Positions 25,511-38,839 of a DNA stretch of 64,000 nucleotides are shown here, piece after piece. The DNA comes from a bacterium (GTDB lineage Bacteria > UBA8248). Position 1 is the stretch's first letter, and the number at the start of each line of letters is the position of its first letter. The notes under the pieces were generated by a model. That model worked only from the letters and a program-made list of their open reading frames with translations, did not search any database and had not been told where the DNA came from. Position numbers and translations under genes: made by a program. The stretch spans positions 928,001-992,000 of the forward strand of contig CBDBZY010000064.1 of assembly GCA_965213685.1 (NCBI GenBank), read 5' to 3'.

Positions 25511-26193
25511 GAACAGGGCCATAGCCGCTAATACGTTTGATTTCAAGTGGATAGCTTTCTGGGGCATAACCTTCTTCGTTGCATGAGTACTTACCCGCTC
25601 AAAGCGCTCGCATCACTAGATCTTAATTACTATGTTGCATACATGTACAGTTGCTCACTAACTTTTGCCGTCAAAACTAACATGCAATGTACTCTTGCAG
25701 TATTACCTCCAAATTGCTCTAGATGCGATCTCAGCATGACTAAAATTCAAAAAGTTTCTGGGGGGGCATGCCCCCAGACCCCCCTACTACGGCGCACTTC
25801 ACGTGCCACAACTCTCCCCAGCGTATCATTTCATACTCGAGTTGCTTTACGGCCACCCCACTTCAAAAGAGCTGGCGCCGGCCCTGGAAGGCAAAAGGTG
25901 TGGTTTCGCTGCCACTTGACGGTGCATGTGTAGTTCAGGTTACAGCGCATTATCAGCAATTTGCCAAAGAAGTTATTGAACCCCCCTTTTAAGAATCCTG
26001 CGTATGGGCCTGCATTGGAGTGCCTTTCCAAACCCATAGGCAGCAAACGGAGTGGGTGGGTGCTTTCTTTGATTAATTGGACCTTATGAAATACGGCTAA
26101 CTTACTCATTCAGAGAATGTTATAATTACCTGAAGTGGTGTGTCATACACTTGGTGTACACTTACAAATATTTTACAATAAACTGTTAAGTAT

Positions 26194-26574
26194 CAGGGGT
26201 GGCTCCTGAACAAAAGTTGAGTAGTTTCTAAGGGCTAAGAATTTGCTGCAGACAAAATACTGCAGTACTTAGGGGGGTAGTCTTCCGAGCCATATATACG
26301 TATTTTCAAAACGTAGGCGACGCGCGTGGGACTAGTTAGGGGGGTCTGGGGGCATGAGCCCCCAGGAAAATTTTGAAAATCAGGCTTCCAGAGATTGAAT
26401 CTGAGCCATATGTTGAGCAGTTGTGCAAATAAAATCAAAATTAATGTCACCTTGAATTCTCACCGCTAATAATCAATGCGCACGTGTAGTGCTACGCTTG
26501 GCGGTAAAAATTAATGGCGGGCAAAGTTTGACCAGTTTCCAGAAACCCCAGAAACCCCCCAGGAGCCGCCACTG
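26194..26574. mobile_element. Nested CAG-ended MITE with 5-bp TSD
   Basis: CAGGGGTGGCTCCTG...CAGGAGCCGCCACTG; TSD agtat; absent from the 59725 copy. Confidence 0.8.
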
Positions 26575-26672
26575 AGTATCGTACACGCAGACGTATAATG
26601 CTACTTATATGCGCAAAGACTAATTCAAGCACCGTTGGTTCACGTACTCACGCAGTACAGTAAGCATGTGGG

Positions 26673-26797
26673 TAGTCTCGTGAACCAGACTGTATTCCGT
26701 GAACGCGCATGCGCGAGCGAAAGGGGGAAGGGAGTAAGGGATAATACTTTCGCTCGCGCATGAGCGTTCACCAAATACGGTCTGGTTCACGAGACTA
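26673..26797. mobile_element. AcademH-like MITE (125 bp)
   Basis: TAGTCTCGTGAACCAGAC TIRs; 9-bp TSD gcatgtggg; equivalent copy at 60067-60176. Confidence 0.8.
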
Positions 26798-27638
26798 GCA
26801 TGTGGGCAAACATGCGCATAATTGTATTACTCAATTCTTTGAAAGTAGGCGTGACACGCTCGCGTCAAATGCTCAATGTGGACCTCTGTGCAAACGGGGC
26901 GGGTGCGTACGCACCCTACGCACCCCCCCTGCCTACGGGCTTGCTTTCCTCATAGCAGGCACACTACCACTGGAAATGAGAGTGGATACCGTTAACAAGT
27001 GGGGTTGGAATTATTTGTCAAAGTAGCTATTGCATCACAACCAATGGGATGCATCAAGACATACGCAGAGCAGAGCAACTCCTCCCTGAGGACAACTGCT
27101 ACTATGGCATAAGATGCTATCCTAGCATCATTTCATTTCAATTGATGTATAGACCATATGAAGGAATATGGTGTACAATTCATAAGCTGCTGAAGTATGA
27201 TATGTGCTTAGTGTTTAGCCTGTACACACATAAACATTAGAAGACTCTGATGTTCAAAAATGTACTAACAGCAAGTGAGTACGTCATTCAAAATATCCAG
27301 TTTAATAATACTACTGTGCATTTTAGTGACTAGGGGGTTACTGTTGAGTGTAGAGACACAAGAAATCTCCCTCAGTATTTATGCATGTGACCCACACCCT
27401 TACTTTAGTCTAGCTGACAAAGACAAGCGTATGCATCGAAAAGAACATGTTCCATTACAAACTCTTATTTGAATTGTAACCACTTGCATGGTTGTTGCTT
27501 GACTGGACCACTGAACTGAAATACTGGACTAACATTGTTCACAATTGCTAGTATTTACAGAAGAGACTGCAAGTGAGTGATAGCAGTTAGATCTGGGAGT
27601 GTGTCTTCTCCAGGGCTGTATCCCAATGCTACATATAA

Positions 27639-29164
27639 CAAGTAAATAAAACATTTTCCAAAAATGTACAGGGATGTAGGGATGGCAGTGCCAAAAACCA
27701 CAGCAACTAGGTGTAGAGACAGGGCATACAAACACTGCACAAATAACCCCATCCCTACATCTTTTTTTTTGTACGTGACATATTTCTTTATGCTGTAAGA
27801 TTACTGGGAGACGATAATGTGCATGAAAAAAGATGTAGGGATGGAGTTATTTGTGCAGTGTTTGTATGCCCTGTCTCTACACCTAGTTGCTGTGGTTTTT
27901 GGCACTGCCATCCCTATATCCCTGTACATTTTTGGAAAATGTTTTATTTACTTGTTTGTGTCATTTGTTGCTGTACAACAGTACACCATATAGGAGGGTG
28001 CTGTTCTAGTGCACTTCCTTCAGGCACTAAAAAGCAAACTCGTGACCACAGACAGCTTATGCTATGTGTCATAGGCTGGGAGTATATAAAGTTGAGGACC
28101 ACCACTTGGGGAAGGGGCTGAGCCCCTTTAAAAAGTTCTTAGCTACTCACTGCACATATGTGACTGCCAAGCATCATCAACATTTGTTGCATGCAAACAT
28201 AAGGAAAATGAAATCAGCTGCTACAGTAGCTATATTGTAGGTGTTCTAGCGATAATAGGTGTAGCTTTAATAGTACATTGAAGTAAGATGCTACTTGAAG
28301 AGCCAATCTGACGGCTGTGCCAGAGAAATGTTTTGGCAGCTGAAGAATTCTTCGGCCAACCTCGTTCCGAAACCTTTCACGTCTAAGCGCATGCGTGAGC
28401 GACTACGCATGCGCTTATGTAGGTCAAGCAACGCCTATGTGTATATAGAACCATAGATAATAGAACCTACGGGTTCGTTCTCTTATCTATGATAGAACAC
28501 TGGGCGGGTAGTTAGAAGGCTTACCCATGTATACGTACTATGGGCGGGTCGGTGCGATTACTTCATAGGGAGTATACCGACTCTCTCAGAGACGTCGTTA
28601 TGCATAGCGTCTAGCCTTTACGTAGAGCTCCTTTGAATAGGATGTGTCTGCGCTATTCCCACAAGAGAGTCGCTCAGCTAGCGCGGCGCTAGGCGTGGTC
28701 TCCATGTTATCTCTCACGTGCTCAAAGTTATGCCACGTAACATTATTAGACAAATGTCTTCTATAGACCAAGTATGGGGAAAGCGACTGAGGTTTGTTCA
28801 CCAAGGTTTGCCAAGATACCATCGATTTGTTAGTAAAAGGCACTGCGCACACACGAATGAAGGTGATTGGTGCGAAAACCACGGTTAAAACTTCAGCCAC
28901 TTCTGATGTAGGCCGTTTGACAAAATCTCTTAAGAAGATGAAGATGAATAATTTGACCTTTCGGCGGTTTTCTGTCGGCAAGTGTGGCGATGCATTTTAG
29001 CTACGTGGGGGGTATCGTTGGATAGAGAAAGGTTGGAATAGGATAGCTATGTACCTAAAAAGGCTTAGAACGCGAGCGCTAAAGAGTTTAGAAGGCTTTC
29101 TAATGTACGCACACTATGGGCGTGTCGGTGCCATCCCTACATAGAGAGTCTACTGACTCTCTGA
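27639..29164 (-). mobile_element. Long-hairpin-ended Helitron-like element, copy H1
   Basis: Minus-strand A|TCAGAGAGTC...CTTG|T; terminal inverted arms 27638-27770 / 27826-27955. Confidence 0.7.
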
Positions 29165-29848
29165 TGTGTATTAGGGTCTAAAAAGTGCACTGTAGTTTAT
29201 GTCAGTGGGCACGACAGAGTGCAAGTTATATCCTGGTATGAGTACAGTATCAACTGCACCTGCTCAAATTGGATGCAATAAATTGAGAGTCCACCTCCTC
29301 ACTGAAGTTTTTAATCCTGTAGGTTAACCAGTAATGGTTAACTGAGGTTAATGGCCCAACAGCCTGAGGGCATGGCATGCAGTGGTTCACACATGCGCAC
29401 GATGAGGGAAGTCACGTGACAGTTGGTGGTAGTCGGACAGAGCTGGCTCGGTGGTGGTTGCTCTTGTGAGAGCAAAGCTTTCCCACCCACTCATCCTTGG
29501 GCTGTCTGGGGGTGTGTGTATGGGTTATTTACAAAAGGGGGAAGGGTCTTTGAGTAGTCATTGCTCTGGGAGGGTGTTTCGTGACAGACCGGGCTCTGCA
29601 TCTCCAGGTGAAACCTGTGACTGTGTCTGGGCAAGAGGGGCAGGTGAGCCATTCCAAGCTTGCAGGCGCAACCCGGAGGCGGGGGGCAGTTTGCCTGAGG
29701 CCACTCCCCTCTTGTCCGCCAACCCAGGGCAATGCACAACTATAGGTAGTAGGGGTACTATCTGGTAGGGGTAGCTAGTCTGGAGGGGCCAATAGTGGTG
29801 GGGGTGGGAGGGGGGGAGCAAAAGTGGCCATTAATTAAGTTGTAGCCA

Positions 29849-31935
29849 CACTGCAATAGTGGTTATCTCAGTTGCAGCTGCAATGTCATCATGTCACTCC
29901 CACACTAGGTTCTTACTTCTCCTATACCCTTGAGACTGTGGAATGTGTAGGGAGTCTCTGGATTGACCAGAGTACAGTGTGTTGTGACAGGAACTTGACA
30001 TGTGATGCCACAATGGGAGGTCACTGCCATGCAGGGGGCGTAGGAAGCACTCCGGCCAGTCAGGCCATGGCCTGACCAGTATTTCCATTGAAAATGGGCG
30101 TGGCACAGTGTGGTAGGCATGGCCCCATGTAAAATGGATGTAGCAACTGTCCACAACTATTGGAGCTAGTTCTCAGTCTGAGAGGAACCATATCAGCCAG
30201 GTCTTGAAATTAACGTTCCCAAGTGTTCCTTGAGAAGTTAATTATTTCAGCATTGATCATTTTAATATTCAACATTAATTTTAAAAAGTCTGTATATTAT
30301 TTCCAAGATGAACATGGCTCGATCTTAGTGTACACATTATGGATGTTGTAATAATAGACAAACATTATGGGTGTGGTAATAATAGCCTGTCAATACGATT
30401 TTTTCTTCCTATTCCACTGCCATGTCATGCACAATAGACTAATGGACTGCCATTTATAAACCCTATCACTCAATCCCAAATACCTATTGGAGGATTTCCT
30501 ACCCATTTGCACATTCTTTATACGTATCTGTTCAGTGCCAGGCATTGAGAGAACAAACATAACTGAGATAATGGTTTTGCAAGTAGCTTTTGCTGGTAAC
30601 AACAGGTCTAGTCTATTGAGCTAGACCCTCCTTCTGCTTTTATGCAAATCTCCACAATTTGGATACAAATGGAGGAGAAAGTCTAATTCAATAAACTAAG
30701 TTTATTCCTGTGTACTGGTATATGTAAGAATAATCTTGTTTCTGTACAGATGACAGGCTTTGCAAGACTAGTTTGGGTTAGTCTAAATTCATCTTGTGAC
30801 CTTTATTGTGTCAGGCTACAGTAAAATGCTACTTCCAATATCCAATTTTTACTACATTTGGAGTGTCCCACTGCACTTTGTTGTATCATGGATGAGTATA
30901 GCAGACACATGCAATTATGGTTAGTAAAACAGATACTTCTCATGGAATCAGTTCCTTGTGAGCATGTGGTCACACATGCATACAATGCAAGAGATTTCAC
31001 AGAATAATATACATACATATGTGTGGGATATATGTCCTCTCCCACATACACTGGGGACTCAGACCAGGATCACTGCCAAAGAGTTCGGACACGTGCTAAC
31101 TATAATATTAAATTAATATAATGTGGCTCTGCCAGGATCACTGTGAAACTTGTACTATTTTTGGAGTAACTTGGGAATGAGTCATTGCCTGATGTGTGTG
31201 CATCATACATCAGCGTATGCTGGCCACAACGCAAGTGAATATCGCGCATGGCAGTGGACCAAAAGAATGTTCATAAAGGAGACAAAAGGTTTGCTTGGTT
31301 AGTTGGGCCATGGCCACCCTGCTGTGCTGGCCTTGGGACTGTTGAGTAGTGTGTGGGGGATGATTATAACAAAGGGACACATGCATCATCACATATTCAA
31401 AAGTGTAATTCTTTAGCACCTTTCTATGCAGTGTTGAGTGTATGTACAATGAAGTGGGTGTCTCTTATCTTTCATTTCAGCTTTGGAATTCAGCTTTGCT
31501 AGACAAAACACAAACCATGATGTTTTCAACTTATGGTTGGATGTCCTCAACTATATGTACACTTGGGATTGTCGTGGGAAATGTTCTATACTCTTGCAAA
31601 TGAGAACAATGCATAGGAATGTTGCTCCTACTATGTATGTACATGCATAGATATCTTCAAAACAAATGTACTGGCACATTCCAAGCATGACCCTCAATAC
31701 TAGCAACACTATTAATTCACCTGTTACGACACCTATGTAGGTCATTCAACATATAGTATGCCTTTGGTGTACATGAAGGAGGCTTAGTACTAATGCAGTG
31801 TCCCCGAATGTGACCAGCACATACCACACGTAGGGTCAAGGGTATAAGAGAAATACGAACTCAGTGTGGGAGTGACATGATGACATTCAGATGCAACTGA
31901 GAGGGGTTAAAATAACCATCTCTTGTGTTCCAGTG
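29849..31935. mobile_element. CACTG...CAGTG-bounded (EnSpm/CMC-like) non-autonomous element
   Basis: ~90-bp imperfect inverted ends (ctcagttgcagctg..gtcactcccacact / agtgtgggagtgac..gcaactgag). Related compact MITE at 60548-60950 and a fragment at 17482-17585. Confidence 0.55.
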
Positions 31936-34900
31936 CTGTGCAAAGGCTTTAGAGTATAGAGTACAATATTAAAAAGCAAGGATCAGTTTCTGTGGCTTAC
32001 CTTTTTACATCAGAGAGAAAACTGCCGAGTTCTTCAAGGTTGTTTTGATTACGGTTGAACACTGCAAAAGTAAATGCATGTACAATGTATATTGTAGGCT
32101 AACCAGATTAGGATTTCAAACCCGCTATTATTCGTATACAGTATAGGTCTGTAACCATATGCAAAACAGTTACCAATCCTCGCGCCAACCTTACTTGCCC
32201 CACTTTCCAAAATACGAAATGAAAACCTACCGTTATTTTGCTAGTTCACGCCGCATACATGTAGCAACGCACCTTGTCCGGGGAGACGTCAACCCAGCCA
32301 CTAGGGGTACTTCTAGGATTCTCAAAAGTAAGCACCCTATCGGTCGCGCACAAGCCTTGAAGCTGGATGGCCACGGGAACAAAAACGGCGGTACGAAGCC
32401 GCAGTCCGCGCGCAATGAGACTGAGCGATGGGGGGTAATGTGTGAGCCACGCCTTATCCCGCATGAGAAGGCGTGGCTCCACAAGTCTGCTATAGCTGAT
32501 TAAGGGTGTATGCGAGCATAATGAGTTGTTTCGCTAGTTCACACTCGTATACATGTAGCTGTATCGTAACGCACCTTGTTCTGGGGCACTTTAACCCGGC
32601 AACTCTCGGACTTCTTGTAGGACTCACAAGTAGCCCAATGCAGATGGTATGACCACTTGTTCCGTATTGTCTGACACCCAACCACCTGTCAATACATCAC
32701 TGATCTTTTAGACCATTAGAAGAATCTACTCCTTTCGTGGAAGGCGCAAACTTTCAACCTGGTATAACCAGCTCCACTCCTTTGTATTAAACTGAGAACA
32801 TTAACATGTACATACAATGCCATGTTAATGCCATGGCCTGACCAGTATTTCCATTGAAAATGGGCGTGGCACAGTGTGGTAGGCATGGCCCCATGTAAAA
32901 CGGATGTAGCACCTGTCCATGACTATTGGAGCTAGTTCTCAGTCTGAGAGGAACCATACCAGCCAGGTCTTGAAATTAACATTCCCAAGTATTCTTTGAG
33001 AAGAATTTCAGCATTGATCATTTTAATATTCAACATTAATTTTAAAAGTCTGTATATTATTTCCAAGATGAACATGGCTCGATCTTAGTGTACACATTAT
33101 GGGTGTGGTAATAATGGCCTGACCAATACGATTTTGCTGCCATGTCATGCACAATAGACTAATGGACTGCCATTTATAAACTCTATCACTCAATCCCAAA
33201 TACCTATTGGAGAATTTCCTACCCATTTGCACATTCTTTATACGTATCTGTTCAGTACCAGGCATTGAGAGAACAAACATAACTGAGACAATGGTTTTGC
33301 AAGTAGCTTTTGCTGGTAACAACAGGTCTAGTCTATTGAGCTAGACCCTCCTTCTGCTTTTATGCAAATCTCCACAATTTGGATACAAATGGAGGAAAAC
33401 GTCTAATTTAATAACTAAGTTCCTGTGTACTGGTATATGTAAAAATAATCTTGTTTCCATACAGATGACAGGCTTTGCAAGACTAGTTTGGGTTAGTTTA
33501 AATTTCACCATCTTGTGACTTTTATTGTGTCAGGCTACAATAAAATGCTACTTCCAATATCCAATTTTTACTACATTTAGAGTGTCCCACTGCACGTTAT
33601 TGTATCATGGATGAGTATAGCAGACACATGCAATTATGGTTAGTAAAACAGATACTTCTCATGGAATCAGTTCCTTCCAAGCATGTGGTCACACACGCAT
33701 ACAATGCAAGAGATTTCACAGAATAATCAGAGAGTCGGTAGACTCTCTATGTAGGGATGGCTCCGGCCCGCCCATAGTGTGCGTACATTGGAAAGCCGTC
33801 TTAACTCGCGAACGCTCGCGTTCTAAGCCTTTCTGGACCCCTAGCTATCCTATTCGAACGTTTCTCTACTCAATGATACCCCCCAAGTAGCTTTAATGTA
33901 TCCCTAGGCTTACCGGCAGGAAACGGGCGAAGTGGTGATTTCTTTTTCTTTCTAATTCTTCTTCTTCTTCTTAAGAGATTTTTTTCAAACGACTTTTCTC
34001 GAAACTGGCAGAAGTAATCACCGTAATTCTTTACAGATCAACTGTAATCACTACGGCGTATGATCTGCCTTAACGGCATATTAGCATCTTCTCAAATAAG
34101 CAGAAACTAGAAGCATGGACAACATGCCCATATTTGGGAGCCATTTGCTAATAATTGTCACGTGACACAAATTGCAAGCACGTGAGGGCCGCCCGCCTCG
34201 CGCGCTCGCGCTCGCGCACAATCGTTCAAAGCCACGGCTTCCCCAGCACAGAGCAGCCTGTTTCAGCAGTATCTTACTTCACTGTTGTTTCAGAGTTGGA
34301 CTGTTCGTGTACGGATGGCGTCAAACAACCAATTGTGCGTGTACATAGGCCTACAAAAGCTTTCTTGGAGCGGACGCTTTTGTTCTCTTCAAGCCCCTCT
34401 GAGCACCAAGCGGCATTGTTCCAGCGACTTTCTACCAAACGGTACGCCCCCAAGATTGCATCACTGAGTTTCACTTCCGAGTAGGAAACGGAATCTTAGC
34501 AAACTTTCACAGTGGTGAACAGTAGTATAATCTGCCGGGTCGTACTTGGAAGTCACTGATACTTCCCAAGTAGCTAACGTCTATAGGTTTCGAGGGGCTC
34601 AGCCCCTTTTCCACAAACACACTAACATACATGCATACTAAAGGTGTTGGTGCTGAACTTAGAGAGAAACAACCTCCAGCCTGTATGGTAGTGTGGTACA
34701 ACAAAAGGCACACAAACAAGTATGAAAAACATTTTCCAAAAATGTATAGGGATGTAGGGATGGCAGTGCCAAAAACCACACAAACTAGATACATGGATGG
34801 CAGTGTTCAGGCAACACAGAGGACTACACAAGTAACCCCATCCCTACATCATTTTTTTTAATAGAACGTCTATCTAAGATTTGTTGTCAGAGTACTGGAA

Positions 34901-36870
34901 ACAGCTTTGGGCGGATAACAAAAATGAAAAATGATGTAGGGATGGGGTTACTTGTGTAGTCCTCTGTGTTGCCTGCACACTGCCATCCATGTATCTAGTT
35001 TGTGTGGTTTTTGGCACTGCCATCCCTACATCCCTATACATTTTTGGAAAATGTTTTTCATACTTGTATAATGTGGCTCTGCCATGATCACTGTGAAACT
35101 TGTACTACCTTTGGAGTAACTTGGGAATGAGTCATTGCCTGATGTGTGTGCATCATACATCAGTGTACGCTGGCCACAACGCATGTGAATATCACACATG
35201 GCAGTGGAAGAATGTTCATAAAGGAGACAAAAGGTTTGCCTGGTTAGTTGGGCCATGGCCACCTTGCTCTGCTGGCCTTGGGACTGTTGAGTAGTGCGTG
35301 GGGGATGATTATAACAAAGGGACACATGTATCATCAAATCCTCAATAGTGTAATTCTTTAGCACCTTTCTATGCAGTGTTGAGTGATGTACAATGAAGTG
35401 GGTGTCTCTTATCTTTCATTTAACCTTTGGAATTTAGACAAAACACAAACCATGATGTTTTCAGCTTATGATTGGATGTCCTCAACTATACGTACACTTG
35501 GGATTGTCGTGGGAAATGTTCTGTACCCTTGCAAATGAGAACAATGCACAGGAATGTTGCTCCTACTATGTATGTACATGCACAGGCATCTTCAAAACAA
35601 ATGTACTGGCATATTCCAAGCACAATCCTCAGTACTAGCAACACTATTAATTCACCTGTTATGGCACCTATGTAGGTCATTCAACATATAGTATGCCTTT
35701 TGTGTGCATGAAGCAGGCTTAGTACTAATGCAGTGTCCCCGAATACCTGGTGTGTGACCAGCACATACCACACGTAGGTGTGAACAACTAAATCGTGCTT
35801 ACTATGTATAACCCCTTACACTGTGGCTAAGGACCTCCCATATTTGGACATAGAAATATGAGCAGTATAGCAAAGGACAGTCCAGTAGTGTACTATCCAC
35901 ACATTTTCCACATGCCTTCGTCTCAAGGGTATAAGAGAAGTAAGAACTCAGTGTGGGAGTGACATGATGACATTCAGATGCAACTGAGAGGGGTTAAAAT
36001 AACCATCTCTTGTGTTCCAGTGCTATGCAAAGGCTTTAGAGTATAGAGTACAATATTAAAAAGCAAGGATCAGTTTCTGTGGCTTACTTTTTTACATCAG
36101 AGAGAAAACTGCCGAGTTCTTCAAGGTTGTTTTGATTACGGTTGAACACTGCAAAAGTAAATGCATGTACAATGTATATTGTAGGCTAACCAGATTAGGA
36201 TTTCAAACCCGCTATTATTCGTATACAGTATAGGTCTGTAACCATATGCAAAACAGTTACCAATCCTCGCGCCAACCTTACTTGCCCCACTTTCCAAAAT
36301 ACGAAATGAAAACCTACCGTTATTTTTGCTAGTTCACGCCGCATACATGTAGCAACGCACCTTGTCCGGGGAGACGTCAACCCAACCACTAGGGATACTT
36401 CTAGGATTCTCACAAGTAAGCACCCTATCGGTCGCGCACAAGCCTTGAAACTGGATGGCCACGGGAACAAAAACGGCGGTACGAAGCCGCAGTCCGGGGC
36501 TGAGCGACGGGGGGAAATTGTGAGCCACGCCTTATCCCGCATGAGAAGGCGTGGTTCCACAAGTCTGCTATAGCTGATTTAGGGGTGTATGCGAGCATAA
36601 TGAGTTGCTTTGCCAGTTCACACTCGTATACATGTAGCTGTATCGTAACGCACCTTGTTCTGGGGCACTTTAACCCAGCAACTCTCGGACTTCTTGTAGG
36701 ACTCACAAGTAGCCCAATGCAGATGGTATGACCCCTTGTTCCGTATTGTCTGACACCCAACCACCTGTCAATACATCACTGATCTTTTAGACCATTAGAA
36801 GAATCTACTCCTTTCGTGGAAGGCGCAAACTTTCAACCTGGCATAACCAGCTCCACTCCTTTGTATTAAA
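30060..36870 (+). repeat. Local tandem duplication (~30060-32790 vs ~32825-36870)
   Basis: Near-identical blocks starting gccatggcctgaccagtatttcc; the second block carries the H2 insertion; a third copy lies at ~57415-61640. Confidence 0.9.
33727..35066 (+). mobile_element. Long-hairpin-ended Helitron-like element, copy H2
   Basis: A|TC-AGAGAGTC-ggta-GACTCTCT start, CTTG|T end, arms 34716-34858 / 34927-35067; absent from the paralogous blocks. Confidence 0.75.
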
Positions 36871-37251
36871 CTGCAAGAAGTCTCCTTCCCAAGATTGATG
36901 AACTAGGTGCTAGTGTGGAAAATGTTGAGCCAACTTAATCTGCATAGTGGAATTTCAATGGCGGGTTATATAGGTTAGACCGGAACAGGCATGGTGTTGG
37001 AGTCATATTTCACTTGGATCACTAATGATGGGTTCTCCCAATCTCTCTTTTTTTCACCACTTTTGAAATAAGGAATTTTTTTAATGCCACCTGGATCTTC
37101 TCCTGCAGATATTCTTACCCCGCGCACGCATGCGCACAGCGAGTTAATAATGCCTTCCAAGGGGCACGGACATGTATACACAAAAGTACTACAAGCAGGG
37201 TAATAACTCAAAAAAGGAGATAAAAGTGAGCAATATCTGAAAAAAATATCA

Positions 37252-37660
37252 TTACAAAATAGCATGAATAATGGCCTCGGATGTGGAATGTTCAGGCATC
37301 CGCAGCGGCCTGTAGTGTGCATTGATGACATGTTCTAGGAGAGGGACTTCACAGCTGTCACAGTAAAGGCACGGCTTTTCCCCTCTTCCATGGTGACTCA
37401 TTAGCCTTATGAGGGCTTGCACACATTTGGTGTACCTGCCACCACACTCAAGGTCACTATCCCAAATCCTAGACCTCTCTGCTACTGCTGCAATCATGGA
37501 GGCTTTTTCCTTGCATTTCTTAACTGACATCATATGGTCTTTCTGCAATAACTGGTTTCTCATCAACTTGAAACAGAAATCTTCCCTCCGCAACAATTTC
37601 CCCACAAACTCACAACCAAACCATTCTACCAATTCCACACACTCTCCAAACACACAGACT
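37252..37660 (-). mobile_element. LINE 3' fragment with zinc-ribbon-like motif
   Basis: ORF containing GEKPCLYCD...LLEHV. Confidence 0.5.
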
Positions 37661-37705
37661 CAATATCATCAACACATGCATGCCACAGGGGCGGATCTAG
37701 GCCCG

Positions 37706-37736
<31 letters not shown>

Positions 37737-37864
37737 CTCCCTCCGCTAAAATACCACCATGGGCGCATGCGCATTGTCGAGTGGGCCCGTAGGTGAATGC
37801 TACGCATTCTAGTCGAACATCGCGCGCGTATTACACGGAGGGCATGATTTTCCCACTGACCAGG

Positions 37865-38127
37865 TCCCAAGTGTATTCTTCAACTATATCTTGCATTGAT
37901 AAGACCTCATACGGAATATGCAAGTCAAGTATGGAGCCCGTATGTGCAAAAAGACATTGACCGTCTTGAAGGTGTGCAAAAATATACACAGCGCATGCAT
38001 GTGCTCTAAACAGTGGAAAGTGGGATACCATAATCTACATGCATCTTTTGGTGTTCCCGGTTTGAGTGACCACAGACTGTACTTAAACCTGTGTATGATG
38101 TATAAGATAATACATAAGGCCAAGTAG
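37865..38127 (+). mobile_element. CR1/L2-like RT C-terminal fragment
   Basis: EYASQVWSPYVQKDIDRLEGVQK...LNLCMMYKIIH across frames. Confidence 0.7.
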
Positions 38128-38839
38128 AGTAAATTGTTAGTTTCTCATCGCCGTGCGCGCGCTCTTCCGGCCAGCGTGCGCTACGTTTTATTCGGTTTGC
38201 AAGCAATGACGTAGTTATTAATACAGTAGATTCAGCTCAAAATTTGTATTAGGGGGACTCTCAATCCAGCATGTAGCGACTCCGCCGAGTGTCAGTGACA
38301 CCAAACCATCCATACTGTCATTACTGCCTAAGAACTCTGACGTTTATTGTCGTCCGCATTCGTTAACGTCATAGTGCTTAGGCATTAAGCAAATGGTAAA
38401 TAATAAAAATAAAATTCCTCTCTGCGTCCCTATTTTGGATACTTAAGTGGATGAGAAACTAGTAATTTACTTTACTTGGCCTAAGTTAATATACCCGAGC
38501 TGGAAAGGTGAACATACCTCTCCTTTTTCTGAAACTCTGCATCTGTAGCAACTGTAGGCCTCTCTTGATGACGAGATTGACGGCCCTTACTGAAACGACA
38601 ACTCAGGCCATGTGTCCCAAGTCTGTTTCCCGGTAGCATGAGCAAATATGTGGTCGGCAGAGAGATGCTCCAAGCCTGGTGGAGGGGTGACTTAGTAGCT
38701 ACACGAGTAATTGCAATCTCTCCCCGCTTTCTTCAGTTTCTATACTAGAGACTTGTGTGGTTCCCATTTTGTTGTGTGGATCATTGTTGTGTGAATCATA
38801 GTTGGAGAGTTTTGAAGGGGAGTTTGCAAAATGAATTCT

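Larger units (their letters stand above)
20342..26012. mobile_element. CAGG-ended MITE with 5-bp TSD, split by a LINE
   Basis: CAGGCCCGTACGCAGG...CCTGCGTATGGGCCTG; TSD cattg; empty site at ~55955-55970. Confidence 0.85.
26029..26943. mobile_element. CAA-ended MITE with 5-bp TSD, containing nested MITEs
   Basis: CAAACCCATAGGCAG...CTGCCTACGGGCTTG; TSD ctttc; same family at 59725-60335. Confidence 0.85.

Noticed and set aside
32159-32503. ORF repeated three times (also ~36240 and 61015)
   Set aside because: The frame is not conserved among copies, there is no recognisable domain, and it lies in a duplicated repeat.
38560-38600. Possible second hammerhead (ttgatga...gaaac)
   Set aside because: The core is imperfect and there is no convincing stem II.
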